From the NCBI GenBank assembly GCA_002269645.1, contig NIVC01001356.1:186001-250000 (forward strand): a stretch of DNA of 64,000 nucleotides, read 5' to 3'. The notes below the pieces were generated by a model that ran no database searches, was not told the DNA's origin, and was given only the letters and a program-made list of their open reading frames with translations. The position numbers and the translations under genes were made by a program. The stretch comes from Macrostomum lignano. Taxonomy: Eukaryota. Positions within the stretch are counted from its first letter, which is position 1. Every line of letters begins with the position of its first letter. This document shows positions 54,397-64,000 of this stretch, piece after piece.

Positions 54397-54457
54397 GTGT
54401 GAGTTATTTAGTTAGTTAATTAGTCAGTCAGTTAGTTAATCAATTAGTTAGTTAGTG

Positions 54458-54492
<35 letters not shown>

Positions 54493-54567
54493 GTGTGAGT
54501 TATTTAGTTAGTAATTTGGTTAGTTTGTTAGTTAGTTAGTTAGTTAGTTAGTTAGTGTGTGAGTTAT

Positions 54568-54634
<67 letters not shown>

Positions 54635-54723
54635 ATGTGTGAGTTATTTAGTTAGTTAGTTAGTTAGTTAGTGTGTGAGTTATTTAGTTAGTTAGTTAGT
54701 TAGTTAGTTGGTGTGTGAGTTAT

Positions 54724-54764
<41 letters not shown>

Positions 54765-54818
54765 GTGTGAGTTATTTAGTTAGTTAGTTAGTTAGTTAGT
54801 GTGTGAGTTATTTAGTTT

Positions 54819-54852
<34 letters not shown>

Positions 54853-54884
54853 GTGTGAGTTATTTAGTTAGTTAGTAGTTAGTG

Positions 54885-54923
<39 letters not shown>

Positions 54924-55004
54924 GTGTGAGTTATTTAGTTATTTAGTTAGTTAGTTAGTTAGTTAGTTAGTGTGTGAGTTATTTAGTTAGTTAGTTAGTT
55001 AGTG

Positions 55005-55037
<33 letters not shown>

Positions 55038-55207
55038 AGATAGTTAGTTAGTTAGTTAGTTAGTTAGTGTGTGAGTTATTTAGTTAGTTAGTTAGTCAGT
55101 CAGTTAGTTAGTTAGTTAGTTAATTAGTCAGTCAGTTAGTTAATCAATTAGTTAGTTAGTTAGTGAGTTTGTTAGTTAGTTAGTTAGTTAGTTAGTGTGT
55201 GAGTTAT

Positions 55208-55250
<43 letters not shown>

Positions 55251-55289
55251 AGTTAGTGTGTGAGTTATTTAGTTAGTTAGTAGTTAGTG

Positions 55290-55324
<35 letters not shown>

Positions 55325-55405
55325 GTGTGAGTTATTTAGTTATTTAGTTAGTTAGTTAGTTAGTTAGTTAGTGTGTGAGTTATTTAGTTAGTTAGTTAGT
55401 TAGTG

Positions 55406-55469
<64 letters not shown>

Positions 55470-55627
55470 GTGTGAGTTATTTAGTTAGTTAGTTAGTCAG
55501 TCAGTTAGTTAGTTAGTTAGTTAATTAGTCAGTCAGTTAGTTAATCAATTAGTTAGTTAGTTAGTGAGTTTGTTAGTTAGTTAGTTAGTTAGTTAGTTAG
55601 TGTGTGAGTTATTTAGTTAGTTAGTTG

Positions 55628-55661
<34 letters not shown>

Positions 55662-55672
55662 GTGTGAGTTAT

Positions 55673-55737
<65 letters not shown>

Positions 55738-55845
55738 GTGTGAGTTATTTAGTTAGTTAGTTAGTTAGTTAGTGTGTGAGTTATTTAGTTAGTTAGTTAG
55801 TTAGTTAGTTAGTGTGTGAGTTATTTAGTTAGTTAGTAGTTAGTG

Positions 55846-55880
<35 letters not shown>

Positions 55881-55925
55881 CAGTTAGTTAGTGTGTGAGT
55901 TATTTAGTTAGTTAGTTAGTTAGTG

Positions 55926-55980
<55 letters not shown>

Positions 55981-55991
55981 GTGCGAGTTAT

Positions 55992-56044
<53 letters not shown>

Positions 56045-56077
56045 GTGTGAGTTATTTAGTTAGTTAGTTAGTTAGTG

Positions 56078-56132
<55 letters not shown>

Positions 56133-56143
56133 GTGCGAGTTAT

Positions 56144-56208
<65 letters not shown>

Positions 56209-56234
56209 GTGTGAGTTATTTAGTTAGTTAGTTG

Positions 56235-56318
<84 letters not shown>

Positions 56319-56375
56319 GTGTGTGAGTTATTTAGTTAGTTAGTTTGTTAGTTAGTTAGTTGGTGTGTGAGTTAT

Positions 56376-56412
<37 letters not shown>

Positions 56413-56482
56413 GAGTTAGTTAGTTAGTTAGTTACTTAGTTAGTTAGTCAATTAGTTAGTTAGTTAGTTAGTTAGTCAGTTA
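54120..56482. repeat. (GTTA)n microsatellite punctuated by a GTGTGTGAGTTATTTA cassette
   Basis: Visible. Confidence 0.97.
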
Positions 56483-56696
56483 ATGTGGTGTTTGTGCCAC
56501 GGACATTACGAACGTTTCTAATGTTTTCCGAATGCAATGCACTTTCCCTGTCTCAAACATTGCATGGTCTGTCTAGCTCCTTCATCTCTATTTCTCTGTG
56601 TGTGAGTCACTGCCTCATCCCTGTCTGTGTCTATGTGCGCGCGCCTTCCCTCTACGAAGCTCGGGGAGTACCCACCTCAAATATACTGCTTATATG

Positions 56697-58336
56697 GGGT
56701 GCACGACAATTGACTTCCACAATTTGACCGCGGTCAATTTGACTGTGGACAATTTGACTGCCGAGTAATTTGTCTGCCAACAAAATGACTGCCAACAAAA
56801 TGACTGCCGACAATATGACTGCCGACAAAATGACTGCCAACAAAATGACTGCCAACAAAATGACTGCCGACAAAATGACTGCCAACAAAATGACTGCCGA
56901 CAAAATGACTGCCGACAATATGACTGCGGCAATTTGACTGCCGACAATATGACTGCGGCAATTTGACTGCGGCAATTTGACTGCCGACAATATGACTGCC
57001 GACAATATGACTGCGGCAATTTGACTGCCGACAATATGACTGCGGCAATTTGACTGCGGCAATTTGACTGCCGACAATATGACTGCGGCAATTTGACTGC
57101 GGCAATTTGACTGCCGACAATATGACTTCGGCAATTTGACTGCGGCAATTTGACTGCCGACAATATGACTGCGGCAATTTGACTGCGGCAATTTGACTGC
57201 CGACAATATGACTGCGGCAATTTGACTGCCGACAATATGACTGCGGCAATTTGACTGCCGACAATATGACTGCGGCAATTTGACTGCCGACAATATGACT
57301 GCGGCAATTTGACTGCCGACAATATGCCTGCGGCAATTTGACTGCCGACAATATGCCTGCGGCAATTTGACTGCCGACAATATGCCTGCGGCAATTTGAC
57401 TGCCGACAATATGACTGCGGCAATTTGACTGCCGACAATAATGAATAACCGAGTACAATGCAATCCAGTAGTAGTTTGTTACACCATGAAAATTTTAACA
57501 TTAAGTTTCACATAAGGGTACCTTAAAATTCAAATGACCTTAAGAATGCGTATTTCCTTGGGTGTAAGGCTGTAAACTGCGGTGGAGCTGGAGATACACA
57601 AACTTCTCTCAGGGCTGCTAATTGGCCAGAAAGATGACGCGATTAAAGCATGAGAAATGGTAATTAGAGTAGTACGTCCCACAAACTGGCTTTCGAAGCA
57701 GGGATTGGCAGACTTTAACCTCAAAGGCCAGATAAAGAATCCACCTCATAGCTGCGGGCCAGATGCGAGTGGAAAGGAGAAGAAATAGACTGTTAGAAGA
57801 GAGGAGAGGCGAGAGGGGGGTAAGAGAAAAGATAGAAGAGACGAGGGGTGAAGAGAGAGCAGAGAATAGGGGAGGAAGAAGCGAGAGGAGGGAGAAGGAA
57901 AGAGTAGAGGTGAGAGGAGGGAAGAGATGAGACAGAGGATCAATGAGAGAGGAGAGTTGAGAAGAGAGCAGAGAGGAGATAAAAGAGGATCGAGAGGAGA
58001 GATTAGAAAGGATAGAGAAGAGAGGAGAGAGAGATGAGAGAGCAGAGACGAGAGAGAAGAGACGAGAGACGAAAGAGAAGTGAGAAAAAAGAAGAGAAGA
58101 TAGAAGTTTCAAAAGATGCAAAGGACATAGGGAGAGGCAGAGGTAGAGGCCAGAGTTTGCCTGACATTCTGCACAGCACCCCAGCCAACAATATCAATTA
58201 ATAATCGGTTATTCATTAATTTTTTCTTGGCAGTAATTTTGTCCGCAGTCGTATTGTCGGCAGTCAAATTGTCCGCAGTCAAATTGTGGCAGTCAAATTG
58301 TGGCAGTCAAATTGTGGCAGTCATTGTCGTAGACCC
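56697..58336. mobile_element. Non-autonomous Mutator-like (MULE) element with repeat-built TIRs
   Basis: Ends GGGTGCACGACAATTGAC / reverse complement GGGTCTACGACAA-TGAC. Subterminal 12-14-bp repeats (AATTTGACTGC) inverted on the two arms. 9-bp TSD GCTTATATG / GCTGATATG (1 mismatch). No transposase. Confidence 0.8.
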
Positions 58337-59364
58337 GCTGATATGAGCCTCCCACTCTGCGGAGGGAAGGCCCACTTCTTTTTCCGGTATCTCTCTGCGA
58401 TTCTCACTCAGTTGTGCAGAGAAAACTTATACAAGCCAGTCAGCCATTGCCTTCCAAGATATTACAGTTGATTACGTAGTTAGTTAGCTAGGTAATGTAC
58501 ATGTATAGCAGCCATAACTATATCCAATAGCAGTGTTCAGGAAGGAGAGCTTATGCATGAAATAGCAGCTGAATGTATTGCTTACATTTATGCTTATATA
58601 TACGAGCTACAATTGATATCAGTTTGCAAATCTCAGCTTGCGTGCAGTTAACTTGAACTGTTAAAGTCAAAATTGCCTGTCTACACTGAATAAACAGCAC
58701 AGTTGCGGTGAGTGAATCCAGCATCAGAAACATTTTTGCTGCCAAATAAATTATTTAACTGCTAAATATATAGTGGTGTCTTCCTGCGGACATGGCTTAC
58801 CAAGAAAACTTTATCTTGATAAACTCTTTCTGCGACAATTTGACTGTTGTCACAATTCCACAAGGTGAACCAGCCCCAAAAAAGGCACAGATCGAGATTG
58901 TACATGCCTGAAAGTCTAAGAATCCAATCTAAGAAATGCTAGGAAACTTCCGATCGGTTGTGTCGGTGTCGAGTACATCGTAAGCCAAAGCGGTATCGGT
59001 AATTAAGGGGGTTTATGTACATCCTGGCGCACTTTAAGCGACATTGTCACAACCGACGAGAGACATTACTGCCCATTCCGCCGACCCCCCCCCTGAGCAG
59101 GCACACAAGCGCGCGGATACGTACGCAGTCATACGCACAGGTACACACTCAGACAGGGAGTGTACATCGACCCTACTAAACTTTATTTATCGTTAGGCAT
59201 GTACACTTCACTGTGCCTTGGTGGGGGGGGGGGGGTCGGTCTTCAGGGCGTTAATTGCACGAGCAGAGCCAAGCCGAGATTCCAATTTTAGCCCAATATA
59301 TTAATGTGGCTGCACTTGGAATCGAGCCGTTGACCGTTATTACTTATCATTAAGTATTAATCAT

Positions 59365-59560
59365 CATGCTTATGAGAGGGGTCGCCACACACACCCTCAA
59401 TTACCCCAGCTAATGCTGGCGCCCATTTTACAGCTGGGTGAACTGAAGCAATGCAGAATTAAGTATCTTGCTCAAGGACACAATTTGTTCCGAGTTGGTC
59501 AAGAATCGAACCCCCGACCCTTCAGTCGTGAGTCCGACGCTCTAACCACTAGGCTGCAAC
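59365..59560 (+). mobile_element. L2-type LINE/SINE 3' tail fragment
   Basis: CATTTTACAGCTGGGTGAACTG...TCTTGCTCAAGGACAC...GAATCGAACCC...CGCTCTAACCACTAGGC resembles the conserved L2-derived tail (recognised from memory). Confidence 0.6.
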
Positions 59561-60529
59561 CCCTCCCCACTAAGTGAACCCACTGAGCCAGTCAATGATT
59601 ACAATTGGATCATAATAGCCTAGAAATACGCATACAAGTCATGACCAAGTCCAGAGGGTAAGAAACACTGCCAATATTATGCTTAAGAAATGCCTGAAAA
59701 TCTAAAAATGTGAGTGCTCAGCATTCTTCTGCTTTTACGAGATGGAGCTGGGCGTATAAACCTTCCATACTTTGTAGCAGTCCCTCTCTCTCCTCAAAGT
59801 GTACAGAGATTGGCAGCATGCTCAAAAAAGATTCCCCAACCCCCACCCCAGGGAGGCCGTGATGAGGCCTGTGAGTGATGGGGAAAATTTTGGTAAGCAC
59901 GCTTCGAAATTTCGTCCCTCCATCCCACTTGCCTTACCTTCCCTCGCCCTCCTCACTGACCAGCAGCCTCTGTACACAGGCAGGGAGTGGATAAGATAAA
60001 GCTTAAAAATCCTTAGTTCTTGCTTTGCGAATTGCTTCAATGAAGGAATCACATTGTGATAGCGGCCTGAGTAAACGGCCTTCATAAGAAAGCTCAAAGG
60101 ATCGCTACACTCTTGGCGGTACGTTTGAAAAATGCAACATTTTGTGATTACACTAGAAAATTTGTCTAATTCGTTACATTTTTGGTTTTGAAGCAAACAA
60201 CGAAAAGAGGCTCTGTCGAATATCCAAAATCGTAGTGGTTAAATTAGTAGTTAAAGTGTGCCAGGCAAATCACTGAATTCTTTGTTGGTTTAACAATAAA
60301 AAAATCATACAATTTTGCAATTTGATTTGCCCCTATGCTCAGTTTTAGTCATTTATTGCTTTGGAAACTTCAAGATTGAGATCTTACGTTAAAAATATTC
60401 TCTCCATTCTACAAGCCTACACAGAAGTATTTATTAACGTTTCCTTGTGTTATTTTGAGTAACTTTTTTGCCTTGCACACTGATTTCTATAGCCGGAACA
60501 TACTCTCGCCCCCTTTCTCTCCCTCATCT

Positions 60530-61357
<828 letters not shown>

Positions 61358-61539
61358 TGTGGTAGCGTGGGTCTGCTCAATTGCTCCGCTTAGTGTAATG
61401 TACAGTGCAGGTGTACACCTGCACGCGCGCGTGTGATTGGCTGACGCTTTGTCAGACAACCTTTATTGTTGGCCAGCTATATTAAATACAAGCTCTCTGC
61501 CTTGGGGGGGGTCTTACCCCCGAAGTGGAGTTTTCACAG

Positions 61540-61549
61540 TGGCGACGAG
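61540..61549 (+). promoter_or_regulatory. PBS complementary to the tRNA-Ser(GCT) 3' end
   Basis: tRNA-Ser(GCT) ends ...CCTCGTCGCCA; 10-nt match, 1 nt after the LTR. Confidence 0.75.
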
Positions 61550-61569
61550 ACTGAAACGATCCTGCGCAA

Positions 61570-64000
61570 ATGAGTAGTGCAAGTGCACTAGGGCTTGTCG
61601 GCCCATACGAAGAAGGCTCTGAGCCGTGGCATATGTACCAAGCAAGGTTAGAACAATATTTTGTTGCCAATGACGTCACTGAGGAAGCGAAAAAGCGAGC
61701 GATTCTGCTGAGTTCATGCGGCAAGAAAGTCTTCCATCTGGCCTTCAGTTTGCAGTCTCCTGCACAGCCATCAGCCAAGAGCTACACCGAAATTTGTGAG
61801 GCACTGAAGAGCCATTTCGAGCCTGAGGAGTCCGAGATCGTCCATCGTTACCGATTCTACACCAGAAATCGCAGGGAAGGTGAGGGCGTCGCTGACTTCG
61901 TCGCAGACCTCCGAGACCTGGCTCGCGACTGCAAGTTCGGCGACAGCCTGACTTCGATGCTTCGCGACAGGCTGGTGCTGGGAATCAACAACGACGGCGC
62001 TCAGCGGCGGCTGCTGGCGGAGCCCGATCTCACTCTAGCGAAGGCATTGAAGCTGGCCCTGGCCCACGAGTCCGCCGCCAAGGGCTGCCAGCTGGTGTCG
62101 GGAGCGAGTAAGCCAGATCCAGTCAGTCAGGAGTCCGTCAGCATTGTCAAGCAACAGCAGAAGTCATCTTCGACAAGGAGGTGCTTCAGGTGCCTGTCAA
62201 CGAAGCATCTCGCTAATAAGTGCCCGTTCGCCACCCAGAAGTGCTACAAGTGCTCAAAGACCGGCCACACTGCGGCTGCCTGCAAATCCCAGTCGAAGGA
62301 CGATAGAAGAGAGGCTCTGCAGATGCAGGACGGTGAGGAAAAAGACAGCTGCGAGGAGGAAACGGCCCACTCACTGTACCAGCTGTCCGGCAAGCGAGTG
62401 TCGAAGGTGCCGCCGATTACAACGACGGTGCGCATCAATGGCCGACCTGTTGTCATGGAAGTGGACACCGGAGCCTCCGTGTCCCTGGTATCCTCGAAGA
62501 CCTACAGGACCGTGCTCAACTCCCAGCCAGCACTGCAGCCTGCGTCCATGCAGCTGCGAACATACTCCGGTGAGAAAGTGTCAATCGAAGGCTGCATCTG
62601 CGTTGCTGTGGAAGCTGCTGAAGCACCGCCCAAGTCACTCAGCCTCCTTGTGGTCGCCGGCTGCGGATCCGACCTGCTCGGAAGAGACTGGCTGTCCGAG
62701 TTGCGGCTCGACTGGAGATCAATCAAGCAAATGGCGGCTGCTCCGGAGGTGTCGCCCAGACTGCAGCAGCTGCTCGACAAGTACAGCGATGTTTTTTCGC
62801 CTGAGCTAGGAAAGTACAACGGACCACCAGTGAGTTTGAATATGAAACCCGATGCTCAACCTCGCTTTATGAAGGCCAGGAATCTCCCCTTTGCTGTGAA
62901 GGATAAGGTGGAGAGCCAACTGAACCGCGAGATCGAACAAGGAATCCTGGTGCCCGTGCAGCACTCCGAGTACGCATCGCCGGTGGTGCCAGTGCTCAAG
63001 TCCGACGGCTCTGTGAGGGTCTGCGCCGACTTCAAGCAGACCGTCAACCCGAACGTGGAGCCCGACTCGTATCCTCTGCCGCGGATCGAAGAGCTGTTCG
63101 CGAAGCTGACTGGTGGGCGGCTCTTCACTAAGCTCGATTTGTCGCAGGCGTACATGCAGCTGCCACTCGATGAGGCTTCCCAGGAAGTCTGCACGATCAA
63201 TACGCACAAAGGGCTGCTTCGGTACACGCGGCTGCCCTTCGGTGTCTCGCCAGCGGTCGGGATTTTTCAGCGCCGGATGGACTGCTTGCTGCAAGGAATC
63301 ACCAGCACCGCCTGCTTCATCGATGACCTCATCATCACCGGGAAGGACGACAGCAGTCATCTGAACTCCCTGGAGCAGGTTCTGGAGAAGCTGAGCCAGA
63401 GCGGCCTCCGGTGCAAGCTGGAGAAGTGCCAGTTCATGCAGACGAGCGTCAGTTATCTCGGTCACCGCATCGATGCCGACGGCCTGCACCCGATCAAAGA
63501 CAAGGTCGAGGCGATTGTCAGCGCTCCAGCTCCCAAGGACGCAACTCAGCTGCGCAGCTTCCTAGGCATGGTGAACTACTATGGCAAGTTCCTGCCTAAT
63601 TTGTCTCAAGTCCTGGCACCGCTGCACCTGCTGCTGTGCGAGCAACACCGCTGGAACTGTGGCGCTGCTCAGAACGCCGCTTTCGAGAAGTGCAAGGCCC
63701 TGCTGTCTTCGGCTCCGGTATTGGCGCACTTCGACCCGAGCGAAGACCTGCTGCTTGAGTGCGACGCGTCCCCCTACGGCCTGGGCGCGGTCATTAGCCA
63801 CAGGATCGATGGAGCTGTCCGGCCTGTGGCCTTTGCCTCGCGTACGTTGCACGACGCTGAGAAAAACTACTCGCAGCTCGAGAAGGAAGCCCTCGCTGTA
63901 GTGTTTGCGGTCAAGAAGTTCAACGCGTACCTGTTCGGCCGCCCATTTCTGCTGGTGAGTGACCACAAACCTCTGCTTGGATTGCTTGCTGAGAACAAGG
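61570..64000 (+). CDS. Gag-Pol polyprotein (open at window edge): capsid, 2 CCHC knuckles, protease, RT, RNase H
   Basis: Read codon by codon with no stop: RLEQYFVAN, LRDRLVLGI, CFRCLSTKHLANKC / CYKCSKTGHTAAAC, MEVDTGAS, LDLSQAYMQL, RLPFG, FIDD, ECDASPYG, YSQLEKEAL, SDHKPL. Confidence 0.96.
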   Translation, partial: MSSASALGLVGPYEEGSEPWHMYQARLEQYFVANDVTEEAKKRAILLSSCGKKVFHLAFSLQSPAQPSAKSYTEICEALKSHFEPEESEIVHRYRFYTRNRREGEGVADFVADLRDLARDCKFGDSLTSMLRDRLVLGINNDGAQRRLLAEPDLTLAKALKLALAHESAAKGCQLVSGASKPDPVSQESVSIVKQQQKSSSTRRCFRCLSTKHLANKCPFATQKCYKCSKTGHTAAACKSQSKDDRREALQMQDGEEKDSCEEETAHSLYQLSGKRVSKVPPITTTVRINGRPVVMEVDTGASVSLVSSKTYRTVLNSQPALQPASMQLRTYSGEKVSIEGCICVAVEAAEAPPKSLSLLVVAGCGSDLLGRDWLSELRLDWRSIKQMAAAPEVSPRLQQLLDKYSDVFSPELGKYNGPPVSLNMKPDAQPRFMKARNLPFAVKDKVESQLNREIEQGILVPVQHSEYASPVVPVLKSDGSVRVCADFKQTVNPNVEPDSYPLPRIEELFAKLTGGRLFTKLDLSQAYMQLPLDEASQEVCTINTHKGLLRYTRLPFGVSPAVGIFQRRMDCLLQGITSTACFIDDLIITGKDDSSHLNSLEQVLEKLSQSGLRCKLEKCQFMQTSVSYLGHRIDADGLHPIKDKVEAIVSAPAPKDATQLRSFLGMVNYYGKFLPNLSQVLAPLHLLLCEQHRWNCGAAQNAAFEKCKALLSSAPVLAHFDPSEDLLLECDASPYGLGAVISHRIDGAVRPVAFASRTLHDAEKNYSQLEKEALAVVFAVKKFNAYLFGRPFLLVSDHKPLLGLLAENK

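Larger units (their letters stand above)
61358..64000 (+). mobile_element. Gypsy LTR retrotransposon, Mag-like clade, 5' part, apparently intact
   Basis: 181-bp LTR TGTG...CACA (61358-61538), PBS TGGCGACGAG (61540-61549), single open ORF from 61570. Confidence 0.95.

Noticed and set aside
59718-60212. Possible minus-strand exons of a third gene (open frame ending G|GTAAGG near 59935)
   Set aside because: No recognisable domain and no chain of compatible exons; needs RNA-seq.
61482-63966. Short track ORFs overlapping the Gypsy pol
   Set aside because: Shadow frames of the GC-rich Gag-Pol ORF starting at 61570.
61358-64000. Mag element as the helper for the pol-less Gag-Env element
   Set aside because: Different PBS (Ser versus Asp), unrelated LTRs and a different Gag type.

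Overview
Metazoan (invertebrate-type) genomic DNA with GC-rich exons in AT-rich, satellite-filled introns. The style is reminiscent of flatworms such as Macrostomum, but that is only a guess. Two divergent multi-exon host genes can be rebuilt by hand. One is a follistatin-like 4/5 gene on the minus strand (ATG 19591, 10 exons, running off the left edge; signal peptide-FOLN/Kazal-EF-hand-Ig-Ig-beta-propeller; every intron phase 1). The other is a complete FMNL-type formin on the plus strand (32636-51510, 9 exons, 1111 aa). Mobile DNA: (1) an intact IR/DR Tc1 element (676-2332) in an FSTL intron; (2) a young 7.6-kb LTR element (21461-29084, minus strand) between the two genes; (3) a hAT-like MITE; (4) a non-autonomous Mutator-like element with a 9-bp TSD (56697-58336); (5) an L2-type 3' tail; (6) an intact Mag-type Gypsy element (61358 to the window end) whose open ORF is missing from the supplied track. 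Element (2) is the best candidate for an undescribed system. It has no pol. Its single ORF fuses a Gypsy-type Gag to an internal signal peptide and a truncated viral-glycoprotein-like domain, and it carries an antisense TATA-linked small ORF encoding a transmembrane, Cys-cluster protein with FAST-like architecture. About 30 distinct tandem arrays fill the introns and generate most of the long ORFs in the track, which are spurious. All family assignments come from motif recognition, not database searches.
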